This document shows, one piece after another, positions 42,984 through 52,580 of a stretch of DNA of 64,000 bases (within the stretch, counting starts at the first letter, position 1; every line of letters begins with the position of its first letter). This stretch comes from an uncultured delta proteobacterium. Lineage in GTDB: Bacteria; Desulfobacterota; Binatia; Binatales; Binataceae. The DNA lies in NCBI GenBank assembly GCA_963724765.1, contig CAVRVY010000004.1, positions 1,664,001-1,728,000 of the forward strand. The letters run 5' to 3'. A program made the translations under genes and the position numbers. Below the pieces are notes generated by a model that worked only from the letters and a program-made list of their open reading frames with translations, did no database searches and was not told the DNA's origin.

Positions 42984-44762
42984 TCACAATTCGAATGCTG
43001 CGGCGAGAGTTTCGTGCTGGACTTCGATTTCGCGAGGGAGCTCGCAGTCTAGCCGGTAGAAAAATTCATCCTGGGATCGAAGCTCGGCGCTCCAGTCGTC
43101 GCGCTCGATGGCCATTGCGGCGCGCAAACGCTCGCTGGCCATTTCAAGTCCTTCAAGGTTGATGTCTGAGGTGCGTGGTACCAGCCCAACGGGCTTGTCC
43201 TCCGCCCCGGCCCGCCCGTCAACACGGTCCACGATCCATTTCAGGACGCGAAGATTTTCTCCGTATCCGGGCCACAGAAACGATCCGGCGGCGTCCTTCT
43301 TGAACCAATTGACCATGAAGATTTTGGGCGAGCGCTTGAGCCGGGGGCCCATGGCGAGCCAGTGCGCGAAGTAATCTGCGATGTGGTAGCCACAAAACGG
43401 CAGCATCGCCATCGGATCTCTGCGCACCAGCCCCACTTGTCCGGTCGCCGCCGCGGTGGTTTCGGAACCCATGGTCGCGCCCAGATAGACTCCGTGTTTC
43501 CAATCGAATGCTTCCATCACGAGCGGAACGGTGGTCGCGCGACGGCCGCCAAAGATGATCGCCGAAATTGGCACGCCCTGCGGATCGCCGGCGTGCGGCG
43601 ACAGCACGGGGTTGTTCGTCATCGGAGTGGTGAAGCGGCTGTTCGGATGCGCGGCCGGGTGCCCCGAATGCGGAACCCAGGGTGTCCCCTGCCAGTCCAG
43701 CGTTCCGCGTTGAGGATCAAGTCCGATCCCCTCCCACCACACGTCGCCGTCCGGGGTCAGCGCCACGTTGGTGAAGATCGTATCGTGCTCGACCATGCGC
43801 ATCGCGTTGGGATTGGAGCGCGCATTGGTGCCCGGCGCGACGCCGAAGTATCCTGCCTCCGGGTTGACCGCCCATAACCGCCCGTCCGACCCAACGCGCA
43901 GCCATGCGATGTCGTCGCCGACCGTGAATACGCGCCAGCCGTCGAGCGAGCGTGGCGGCGTGAGCATCGCCAGGTTGGTCTTGCCGCAGGCGCTCGGGAA
44001 GGCCGCGGCCACGTACGTCGTCGCGCCTTGCGGGCTCTGCAACCCTAGAATGAGCATGTGCTCGGCAAGCCAGCCTTCCCTTCGCCCAAACCAACTGGCG
44101 ATGCGCAGGGCGAAGCACTTCTTGCTCAGGAGGGCGTTGCCGCCGTAACCGCTCCCCACCGACCAGACCGCGTTGTCCTGCGGAAAGTGGCAGATGAGCC
44201 GACGCTGCGGGCTCAGGTCGAGCGTGCAATGAAGTCCCCGATTGAACCCCGCCGCGTCACCCTGCGCGTCGAGTGCGGGGCGCCCCATCCGCGTCATGAT
44301 GCGCATGTTGAGCGCGACGTAAATGCTGTCGGTGAGCTCGACACCCACGCGCGCGAATTCCGACCCCGGCGGCCCCATCAGGTACGGCACCACGTACATC
44401 GTCCGCCCGCGCATCGAGCCTTGCAGCCAGTGTCTGAGTCTCTGATAAGTCTCCTCGGGCGCCATCCAGTTGTTGGTCGGACCCGCCTGCTCGCGAGTGG
44501 GCGTGCAGATGAAAGTGGCGTCCTCAGTCCGCGCGACGTCGCTTGGATGGGAACGGTGCAGGTAACACCCCGGACGCTGGCGGTCATTCAACGGGATTAG
44601 AATGCGCTCGCGGACCGCCCGCTCTGTCAGGCGCGCTCTCTCATCCTCCGAACCATCGCACCAGAACACCCGAGTCGGCCTTGTGAGACGGGCCACTTCT
44701 TCAACCCAGGCCGTAACAGAATTTGAAGCCGTGGCCGCCGGAAGGAAAACACTCATTGCCAT
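42984..44762 (-). CDS. pckG: Phosphoenolpyruvate carboxykinase (GTP)
   Basis: WCDGS, SGYGGNALL.KKCFALR, EHM, FPSACGKTNLAM, GDDIAW, HPNSRF, RRDPMAMLPFCGY. Confidence 0.95.
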   Translation of the reverse strand: MAMSVFLPAATASNSVTAWVEEVARLTRPTRVFWCDGSEDERARLTERAVRERILIPLNDRQRPGCYLHRSHPSDVARTEDATFICTPTREQAGPTNNWMAPEETYQRLRHWLQGSMRGRTMYVVPYLMGPPGSEFARVGVELTDSIYVALNMRIMTRMGRPALDAQGDAAGFNRGLHCTLDLSPQRRLICHFPQDNAVWSVGSGYGGNALLSKKCFALRIASWFGRREGWLAEHMLILGLQSPQGATTYVAAAFPSACGKTNLAMLTPPRSLDGWRVFTVGDDIAWLRVGSDGRLWAVNPEAGYFGVAPGTNARSNPNAMRMVEHDTIFTNVALTPDGDVWWEGIGLDPQRGTLDWQGTPWVPHSGHPAAHPNSRFTTPMTNNPVLSPHAGDPQGVPISAIIFGGRRATTVPLVMEAFDWKHGVYLGATMGSETTAAATGQVGLVRRDPMAMLPFCGYHIADYFAHWLAMGPRLKRSPKIFMVNWFKKDAAGSFLWPGYGENLRVLKWIVDRVDGRAGAEDKPVGLVPRTSDINLEGLEMASERLRAAMAIERDDWSAELRSQDEFFYRLDCELPREIEVQHETLAAAFEL

Positions 44763-44772
44763 GAGTTCCAGC

Positions 44773-45525
44773 TCAATTGCTGCTCTGAGAGGGGAACAGC
44801 GTCCGCTCCGCGCGGGAGAGGGAATCGAAGATTGCCTCGGCATTCGGCGCCGCAATCAATTGCGCAGTCGCCTCGGGGCGCCCGAACAACTGCGCAAGCT
44901 TGGCCAGCCACGGAAGGTGAAGCTCGTGGAATTTAAGTCCGAGGACAAAGAACAGATGCGTCGAATTGCCGTCCAGCGAGTCGAAATCAACCCCCTCGTG
45001 CGAGCGACCAAGAACCATGAAGGGTCGAACCACCTGCTCGGGATGGCGATACATCGTGTGCAGAAAGGCGACACCGTTGCCGACTGCACTCGGCATGATG
45101 TTCTCACGCTCGATGAGCGCACCGACGAACCAGTTCTTGTCGCGCACCAGGCCCAGCCGATTGGAGAGATCTGCGAGTTCCTCGATGACTCCAATCTTGG
45201 TAGATGCTTCCAGTTCCGGGACGATGTGGCTGGGTTGAAAGCAACTCGCAAAATCAAGCATCCGGCGCGGTGCGCGATTTCGACTCTCGAGTTCGAGGTG
45301 CTTCGGCACCACGCCCAGCATCTGATCATCCAGCCATGCGTCCAGCATGGCTTTGCGAAAGCGCCATTGATTTCCGATTTTCACGCCAGGCAGCGCACCC
45401 TCGGATACGAGCTTGATGACCGTGCGCTCGTTCACGTTCAGATACGCGGCGACTTGACGGGCAGTCATCAGGCGATCCGCCGTTTCGACTGATTTCGTCG
45501 TAGTCTTCCGTAGAATGTCTGACAT
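44773..45525 (-). CDS. Excisionase-type HTH fused to a PTS EIIA (Ntr/Fru-type) domain
   Basis: LMTARQVAAYL...LPGVKIGNQWRF; ERENIMPSAVGNGVAFLH; GVDFDSLDG. Confidence 0.88.
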   Translation of the reverse strand: MSDILRKTTTKSVETADRLMTARQVAAYLNVNERTVIKLVSEGALPGVKIGNQWRFRKAMLDAWLDDQMLGVVPKHLELESRNRAPRRMLDFASCFQPSHIVPELEASTKIGVIEELADLSNRLGLVRDKNWFVGALIERENIMPSAVGNGVAFLHTMYRHPEQVVRPFMVLGRSHEGVDFDSLDGNSTHLFFVLGLKFHELHLPWLAKLAQLFGRPEATAQLIAAPNAEAIFDSLSRAERTLFPSQSSN

Positions 45526-45650
45526 GATCGCTAGATTACGGAAAAATACTCCAAAGTGCAATCAATTGCCGTATTGGCGAAGAAAATACCAAGTCGACGA
45601 TAGCGACCGACGCGACCAGTGCGGCGAAACTCGCTGCTCCGGCCAACTGC

Positions 45651-46032
45651 ATGCCGTCTTCACTGCCACACGAGAAGCGTCCTTTGGGGGCGCAGACGTT
45701 CCGAGACTGTGAACTGAACAGGATCGATTTCTCGAATGCAGATCTCAGGGAAACCCAGTTCCTGAACACCTCGCTCAGCGGAGAGCGATTTTTCGGGCGC
45801 CGATCTGCGTGGAGCCAGGTTTATCGCCTGTGACTTGCGCGGCGCCAATTTCGCCGGATCGGTGTTCGGCTGGACACGCTTCGATGAAAGTTGGCTCATC
45901 GGTGCGCGTGGTCTTTCGACCCGACTAATCGATTACGCCAGGAGGAACGGCGGCCTGGTAATGGCTGTCGTGAAGTCTCGAACCGCCGCGCTGCGCGGCT
46001 TCACTGAGCCAGTGAACTTGTACTTCGCCTAG
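45651..46032 (+). pseudogene. Pentapeptide-repeat protein, frameshifted
   Basis: FSNADLRETQF, ADLRGARF..CDLRGANFAGS split across frames. Confidence 0.7.
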
Positions 46033-46197
46033 TTTAACAGCTGCTCGACTTCCGTGGTGCACCACGGCGTCTCGCCTGCAACGCGATGTCAGCGTCTGCA
46101 CCGCGGCAACCTTGGGCGAATCTCCTCGAATGCTTGATCGGCAATATCCCGCTGCCCGATTCCGAGCGCTCTAGCTTCCGACGGCTCATAGGTCCGG

Positions 46198-46625
46198 CTA
46201 CTTTGTCACGTCGATCTCGCCGATCATGTTGTCCTTCTCATGCGGCATGCAGACGTAGACGTACTTGCCCGGCACGGTAAATGTCGGGGTGAACGTGCCT
46301 CCGGGAGGCATGAATCCGGAGTCGAACGGTTTTGCTCCCTCAGGGAGCAAAACGTCGGACTTGTTCTGAGCCTTTTCCGGATCAGTGGTCACGGCGTGCA
46401 ACGTGGCTCCGGTATTTTTTCCATTCCACAGCCGTACCGACCTTGATGGTCAACTTTGGTGGATCGAATTTGGGCGGCGTATCCGTCATGGTGACGACGA
46501 CTGGCGTATCGGCGCTAACTGACAGCGTTCCAAACAGCCGCAAGCTGACGGTGAATGTCGCCGCGAAAATCGAAAGAACGGAAATCAAGGTGAGGTGAGG
46601 TGAGGTGATTCCAGCGTGATGTCAT
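46198..46625 (-). pseudogene. Plastocyanin/azurin-type blue copper protein, frameshifted
   Basis: FDPPKLTIKVG..V.W, LHAVT, YVCMPHEKDNM (His/Cys/His/Met ligands). Confidence 0.85.
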
Positions 46626-46672
46626 ATGTGACTCCTTCTTTTTGATTGCAGCCACGAAACCGAACGCTTGGT

Positions 46673-46822
46673 TCATCTGTTTAACGGCATCAGATCGTCT
46701 ATCCACTGCTCGGCATCTGCTTCTCGCGCAAAATCAACCGGCTGCCTTGTTTCCTTCCAGAAAATTTCCCACCTGCCAGTCTCGAGATTTAATCTGATGG
46801 TGTAACCCTGATATTCGCTCAC
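46673..46822 (-). CDS. Small hypothetical protein (49 aa)
   Basis: GGGAG RBS and GTG start; MSEYQGYTIRLN...FAREADAEQWID. Confidence 0.45.
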   Translation of the reverse strand: MSEYQGYTIRLNLETGRWEIFWKETRQPVDFAREADAEQWIDDLMPLNR

Positions 46823-47124
46823 GTCTCCCTGCCTCCACGCCGTTGGCCCTTCGCAATTGAGCAAGAAGGAAGCCAGCTGTACTGAATGTATGCCTTCATT
46901 TTGCTCCGCCAGGCCAACGAACTTTGATCCTCCTCTCTTCTTCCGTGCGCGGATCTGTATCCACAGGGATCACATTCAGGTGAGGCGAGTGCGCCATCGG
47001 GGAGCAAACGGAGACATCATGACGGCAGGAGGCATCTGATCGTTCCAACCAGGGCCGAGGAAAACATTTGGTTAGACGCGAACTTTTGGCCTCTGTCGAA
47101 GCTTTTCGCCCGGTCTTTTCGCTT

Positions 47125-47140
47125 CGGCACGATGTTCGCT
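47125..47140 (+). promoter_or_regulatory. Sigma-54 promoter
   Basis: CGGCACGATGTTCGCT upstream of the hydrolase-LLM-cox gene run. Confidence 0.62.
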
Positions 47141-47225
47141 CTACCGGGAGCTTCGACATGTTCTGAGAGCAACAGCGACCAAGCCGCAGGCGCGCGGCAA
47201 TCAGCGAGGAGACGAAAACTGCTGC

Positions 47226-48008
47226 ATGGGGACGCAGAGAATAGACGAGTTCAGTGCGGGGGGCGAGCAGCTGCTTGCGGTTAAGGGCGGGAGTGGAAAG
47301 CCGCTACTGGTGCTCCACGAAGAATTGGGTCATCCCGGCTGGCTCGGATGGCATGAGACACTGAGCCGCCGGCGAACGTTGCTAGTTCCACTTCATCCCG
47401 GTTTCGGCCAGACGCCGCGGATCGAGTGGATGACGAACGTACGCGACCTGGCGTGTTTCTACGCGCGATTTCTGCGAGAGCAGCGCTTGGCTCCGATCGA
47501 CGTGATTGGATTTTCCTTTGGCGGGTGGCTGGCGGCCGAAATGGCCGTTAACGATCCACATCTCTTCTGCAGAATGGCGCTGGTCGCGCCAATGGGTATC
47601 CGTCCACCCAAGGGTGAGATCATGGATATGTTCACCGTGACCGCGCGCGCCTACCTACAGAAAACGGTGTTGGACCCCGCACACACGCCTGAATTTTCGC
47701 ACCTGTACGGCGGAGCCGAATCGCCGGAGCAGTTCGAAGCGTTTGAGGACGCACGGGCGGAGGCGGCGCGAATTGGCTGGCAGCCCTACATGTTCAATCC
47801 CAGTTTGCCTCACCTGCTGGAGGGAGTCTCGGAAGTGCCTGCGCTCCTGATGTGGGGCCGGCAGGACGCTGTGGTGCCGGTGTCAGCGGCAGACGTTTAC
47901 CATCGGGCCCTTCGGGATTCCAGGCTGGTGATCTTCGATCGAAGCGGCCATCGGCCGGAGATCGAAAAGTCGGCCGAGTTCATCAACCAGATTGAAGCGT
48001 TTCTGTAA
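47226..48008 (+). CDS. Alpha/beta fold hydrolase
   Basis: GFSFGG nucleophile elbow, WGRQD, SGHRP. Confidence 0.9.
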   Translation: MGTQRIDEFSAGGEQLLAVKGGSGKPLLVLHEELGHPGWLGWHETLSRRRTLLVPLHPGFGQTPRIEWMTNVRDLACFYARFLREQRLAPIDVIGFSFGGWLAAEMAVNDPHLFCRMALVAPMGIRPPKGEIMDMFTVTARAYLQKTVLDPAHTPEFSHLYGGAESPEQFEAFEDARAEAARIGWQPYMFNPSLPHLLEGVSEVPALLMWGRQDAVVPVSAADVYHRALRDSRLVIFDRSGHRPEIEKSAEFINQIEAFL

Positions 48009-48029
48009 GGGAATGGGTGAGGTATCGCC

Positions 48030-49352
48030 ATGCACATAATGTGGTTTACCGAGCGCTCGTACAGCATTCACTTGTCCGAAGATGAGGTTCTGAGAAACCG
48101 CAGTTTCTTCGGCATATCGAATAAATATTTCGATCCGCCCAAGGGCGCCAAACTACTCAATCAGTACCTCGACGAAAAGATCTATTCGGAGGAGCTGGGA
48201 TTCGATGGGGTAATGCTCAACGAGCATCATGGCACACCCTTTTGCCTCGGCGCAGTCATGGACGTTGAGGCTGCGATCCTGGCCAGGACTACCAAAAAAG
48301 TGAAGATCGTGCTGCTCGGCAATCCGACGCCGACGGTTTCCAATCCGCTTCGGCTCGGTGAAGAGCTTGCAATGATAGACCTGATATCCGGAGGTCGCCT
48401 AGTTCCAGGATGGGTCCGCGGGGCTGGCAGCGAGCAGCTGGCGAACAATTCAAACCCGGCCTACAACCGCGAATATTTCGACGAAGCGCACGACCTTATC
48501 CTGAAGTCATGGACCACGCCCGGACCATTTCGCTGGGAAGGCAAACACTTTCACTTTCGTTTCGTCAATCCATGGGTGCTTCCGCTGCAGAAGCCGCACC
48601 CACCGATTTGGATTCCCGGCCTAGTGAGCCCGGAAACCGTTGTCTGGTCGGCGCGCCATCGCTATCCGTACGTCGCGCTAGCGACCTACCTGCAACCCAC
48701 GACTGAGTTATGGAACATGTATACAGCGGCGGCCGCGCAGGAGGGCTACCAAGCCGGGCCCGAGAACTTTGGCTACCTGCAGCCGATCTTCGTCGCGAGC
48801 AACCAAGCCAAGGCCGAGGAAATGGGCAAACGTTTTCTGTTCGGCGGCGGCTTTTCCAATTTTGCCCGGCCCGAATGGATGTTCCCGTCAGGATACAACT
48901 CAAAGGAAGCGACCCGACGGCTGGCTCGTCAGTTCGCGAATCCGAATCAGCCCGGTAAAACGATCATGCCGGCGGACCAGAACGCTTCGGGCGAGACGGT
49001 CGACATACAGGCGGCCAAAAAAGCGCTCTATGCCGACTACGATCAGTGGCAAAAGAACTACCAGATGATTGCCGGCACGCCGAAGAACGTGATCCCTAAG
49101 CTGCGCAAGGTCCTGGAAGTATTGCGCCCCGGCATCTTCTCGTTTTGGCTCGACGGCCCCATTCCGAAAGCCGACCGAATCTCGTGCCTGAAATTGCTGG
49201 CAGAAGAAGTGGTCCCGGCTTTACGCGAGATTGGAAAAGAACTCGAGCTGCTGGATCCGTTCCAGCGCAAGCCGGGATCGCGCTCACTTCCGGCGAGCGG
49301 CAGACCGGAGATGGTGGCGCGGCCCGAAGCGTTGGCGGCGCTCAGCGCGTAA
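48030..49352 (+). CDS. LLM-class flavin-dependent oxidoreductase
   Basis: GFDGVMLNEHH, PLRLGEELAMIDLISGGRL, PLQKPHPPIWIPG. Confidence 0.92.
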   Translation: MHIMWFTERSYSIHLSEDEVLRNRSFFGISNKYFDPPKGAKLLNQYLDEKIYSEELGFDGVMLNEHHGTPFCLGAVMDVEAAILARTTKKVKIVLLGNPTPTVSNPLRLGEELAMIDLISGGRLVPGWVRGAGSEQLANNSNPAYNREYFDEAHDLILKSWTTPGPFRWEGKHFHFRFVNPWVLPLQKPHPPIWIPGLVSPETVVWSARHRYPYVALATYLQPTTELWNMYTAAAAQEGYQAGPENFGYLQPIFVASNQAKAEEMGKRFLFGGGFSNFARPEWMFPSGYNSKEATRRLARQFANPNQPGKTIMPADQNASGETVDIQAAKKALYADYDQWQKNYQMIAGTPKNVIPKLRKVLEVLRPGIFSFWLDGPIPKADRISCLKLLAEEVVPALREIGKELELLDPFQRKPGSRSLPASGRPEMVARPEALAALSA

Positions 49353-49366
49353 AGGGAGATCAACCC

Positions 49367-49408
49367 CAGGCCGGCGCTGGTCCTGATCTCGGCACCAGCG
49401 CCGGCCTG
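49367..49408. repeat. Perfect 15-bp inverted repeat without a U-tract between LLM and coxB
   Basis: CAGGCCGGCGCTGGT / ACCAGCGCCGGCCTG. Confidence 0.75.
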
Positions 49409-49458
49409 CGAGTCGCGGCCGTATGCGCCTGTCTGCGCTATTCGACCGGCCGTAGCGA

Positions 49459-50181
49459 TTGCAAATGCTGATGCACTGGCTCCCGCTTGACGTTTCGACC
49501 TTCGGTCCGAGCGTTGACTACGTCTTTCGCTTGATTCTTTACGTGGTCGGCGCGTGGTTCATCGTGGCCGAGGGCGCAATACTCTATTTCGCCTTCCGGT
49601 TTCGTCAGCGACCAGGCCGAGCTGCCGCCCACCTTCGCGGCGACAATTTCAAGCAGCTCGCCTGGATTCTGGTTCCAGCTCTGGTCGTAGTGATGTTCGA
49701 TTTTGGTATCGACGTAGCGGCTGGACACGCATGGGAAGAAATCAAGCTCGAATCGCCTCCGCCTGCCTTGAACGTCAGCGTAACTGCCGAGCGGTTTGCG
49801 TGGATTTTCGACTACCCCGGCCCGGATGGAAAATACGGGACACCCGATGACTATTGGTCGATGGCCAAGCTCTATGTTCCGGTTAACCAGATAGTACGCC
49901 TGAATATGCGCTCGATGGACGTGATTCACAGTTTTGCGGTGCCGAATTTGCGCCTGCGACAGGATGTAGTTCCCGGCCGCACGATCTCCGCCTGGTTCAA
50001 AGCGACCAAACCCGGCAGCTACGAGATCGAGTGCACTGAGTTGTGCGGGTTCGACCATTACAGGATGCAGGGTTCCCTGGTAGTGCTGAACGAGACTGAG
50101 TATACCCGATGGCAGCATGAGCACTGGCCATCCATCGCCGCAAAGCCGGCTTCCGCTGATAACACTGGAGTGAAGCAATGA
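49459..50181 (+). CDS. coxB: Cytochrome c oxidase subunit II (CuA)
   Basis: Two TM helices, DVIHSF, CTELCGFDHYRM CuA motif. Confidence 0.95.
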   Translation: MQMLMHWLPLDVSTFGPSVDYVFRLILYVVGAWFIVAEGAILYFAFRFRQRPGRAAAHLRGDNFKQLAWILVPALVVVMFDFGIDVAAGHAWEEIKLESPPPALNVSVTAERFAWIFDYPGPDGKYGTPDDYWSMAKLYVPVNQIVRLNMRSMDVIHSFAVPNLRLRQDVVPGRTISAWFKATKPGSYEIECTELCGFDHYRMQGSLVVLNETEYTRWQHEHWPSIAAKPASADNTGVKQ

Positions 50182-51902
50182 GCCAGGCCACGGTACATCG
50201 AAAGAGCGCCGACTTTGAACATCTCGAAGAGCTGAGCTTTGTTCGGAAATATGTATTCTCTAGCGATCATAAGACGATCGCGAAACAGTATCTTGGCATA
50301 AGCCTCTTCATGGCGATGGTCGGGGGTTTTACTGCCTACGCGATACGCTGGCAGCTCGCGTGGCCCTCTGCTCATATTCCGGGAATGGGCGTCATTACTC
50401 CTGACGCTTACAACACGCTGGTAACCATGCATGGCACCATCATGGTTTTCTTCGTGGCAATGCCACTGTTACTGGGCGTGTTTGGCAACTTCTGTATTCC
50501 GCTGATGGTAGGGGCGGGCGACATGGCTTTCCCCCGGCTCAACATGGTGTCGGTGTGGACGCTTTTCGTTGGCGCCCTGATACTTTTTGCCAGCTTCTTC
50601 GTGCCCGGCGGCGCGGCGGCCGCGGGATGGACCGCGTACGCGCCGCTTTCAGCTAATCCTAGCCTAACTCCCGCGGTGCTAGGTCAGGACATGTGGATTC
50701 TGGCGCTCGCGCTTGAATTCTCCTCGTTTCTAATGGGCGGAGTGAATTTCGTCACCACCGCGCTGAACATGCGCGCGCCTGGGATGGGACTGTGGCGGCT
50801 GCCGTTGCTGGTCTGGTACGAGATCACGGCAAGCGTGCTGTTTTTGCTCTCTGTGGGGCCGCTGATCGGTGGTGCGGTGATGCTGTTGCTCGATCGTTTG
50901 GTTGGCGCGGGGTTCTTTCTGCCGGCCAAGGGCGGAGATCCGTTGCTGTGGGAGCATCTGTTCTGGTTCTTCGGGCATCCCGAGGTCTACGTGGTAGCGT
51001 TGCCCGGCTTCGGAATCATGCTTGAAATTTTGCCGGTCTTCGCACGCAAGCCAGTCTTCGCTTATCGCGCACTGGTGTACTGCGCGCTGACGACGACAGG
51101 TCTCAGTCTAATCGTCTGGGCGCATCACATGTTCATCAGCGGAATGGACCCGAGACTGGCGACTCCGTTCACCGTTACGACGATTCTGATCTCGGTGCCG
51201 TTCGCGGTGATTGTATTCGCGATGATCGCAACGCTGTGGGGCGGCGCCATCAGGTTCGACACACCGATGCTGTTCGCACTAGGTGGCCTTACGAGCTTTC
51301 TGCTCGGCGGCGTGACCGGCATTTTCCTCGGTTCGGCCGCGACCGACATATACCTGCACGGAACCTACTTTGTCGTGGCGCACTTCCATTACACCCTCTT
51401 CCCGGTCACGTTCTTCGCCGGGTTTGCAGGACTCTACTATTGGTACCCAAAGATATTCGGGCGCATGATGAACGAGACATTGGGCAAGGTACACTTCTGG
51501 GTGACAATGCTCACGTTTCAGGGTGTGTTCCTTCCGCTGTTTCTCTCCGGAATCGCCGGAACACCGCGCCGCGTATTCGCTCCCAATGAATACCCGCTGT
51601 TCCATTCAATTCAGCCGCTCCAGGTGCACTCGACCATCTTAGCGGTCGTCTTACTGCTGGGGCAGATTCCATTCGTTGTAAATTTCTTCTGGAGTCTCGC
51701 ACGTGGCAAGCAGGCCGAGGAGAATCCGTGGCTCGCCAACACGCTCGAGTGGAGCGTGGCTTCTCCGCCGCCTCACGAAAATTTCGGGAGGACACCGCGC
51801 GTGAGTCGCTGGCCTTACGAGTATAGTGCGCCCGGCGCCAAGCTTGACTGGAAGCCGCAGGCCGAACAGGTCGATATGACTCTTCCCGCGGCCGGCCGGT
51901 AA
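50178..51902 (+). CDS. coxA: Heme-copper oxidase subunit I, A1-type signature with atypical K-channel
   Basis: TMHG, DMAFPRLN, WFFGHPEVY, WAHHM, AHFHY, PRR. Confidence 0.95.
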   Translation: MSQATVHRKSADFEHLEELSFVRKYVFSSDHKTIAKQYLGISLFMAMVGGFTAYAIRWQLAWPSAHIPGMGVITPDAYNTLVTMHGTIMVFFVAMPLLLGVFGNFCIPLMVGAGDMAFPRLNMVSVWTLFVGALILFASFFVPGGAAAAGWTAYAPLSANPSLTPAVLGQDMWILALALEFSSFLMGGVNFVTTALNMRAPGMGLWRLPLLVWYEITASVLFLLSVGPLIGGAVMLLLDRLVGAGFFLPAKGGDPLLWEHLFWFFGHPEVYVVALPGFGIMLEILPVFARKPVFAYRALVYCALTTTGLSLIVWAHHMFISGMDPRLATPFTVTTILISVPFAVIVFAMIATLWGGAIRFDTPMLFALGGLTSFLLGGVTGIFLGSAATDIYLHGTYFVVAHFHYTLFPVTFFAGFAGLYYWYPKIFGRMMNETLGKVHFWVTMLTFQGVFLPLFLSGIAGTPRRVFAPNEYPLFHSIQPLQVHSTILAVVLLLGQIPFVVNFFWSLARGKQAEENPWLANTLEWSVASPPPHENFGRTPRVSRWPYEYSAPGAKLDWKPQAEQVDMTLPAAGR

Positions 51903-51963
51903 TCGGGAGCGACGATCGTGTTGACGTGCTCAGCGCGCATCAACGAAGGGTTGAAGCTATAAG

Positions 51964-52569
51964 ATGGAAGCGACGACTAACCTCCAGGTTGCTACGAGGC
52001 TTGGCGGCGGCGACTCGATTCGAAGCATTCCGGCCGCCCGGCTCGCGCTCTGGTTGTTTCTTGCCTCCGAGATAATGATTTTTGGGGGCCTGATATCGTG
52101 TTTCATTCTTCTTCGCATAGCGCATGGAGGTTGGAACGCCGAGGCGGCGCACGTCCACTGGCGCATCGGCGCCTTCAACACGCTTGTTCTCCTTACCAGC
52201 AGTCTCACGATGGCCCTGGCATGCACCGGCGCCAAAGAGGGAATGACCCGCCGGGTGAGAACCTGCCTCGCTCTCACGATTGTGCTTGGGATGACGTTCC
52301 TGGGCGTCAAAGCCTACGAATATTCTCTCGAAGTCTCCAAGGGTCTGACGCCGGGAGCTGGGCCGTTCTGGGCGTTCTACTACACATTGACCGGCCTGCA
52401 CTCATTACACGTGCTAGCGGGGATCATCCTGAACACCACACTCTGGATCGCCGCGGGACGGACACAAATGTGGTCTTTGGTGCAACGCCGGATTGAATAC
52501 GCTGGTCTCTACTGGCACTTCGTCGACGTTGTGTGGATCTTTCTTTTCCCTCTCGTTTACCTGAGCTGA
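51964..52569 (+). CDS. coxC: Cytochrome c oxidase subunit III
   Basis: WLFLASE, NTLVLLTSS, LTGLH..HV, LYWHFVDVVWIFLFP. Confidence 0.93.
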   Translation: MEATTNLQVATRLGGGDSIRSIPAARLALWLFLASEIMIFGGLISCFILLRIAHGGWNAEAAHVHWRIGAFNTLVLLTSSLTMALACTGAKEGMTRRVRTCLALTIVLGMTFLGVKAYEYSLEVSKGLTPGAGPFWAFYYTLTGLHSLHVLAGIILNTTLWIAAGRTQMWSLVQRRIEYAGLYWHFVDVVWIFLFPLVYLS

Positions 52570-52580
52570 GGAGGCGGCGC

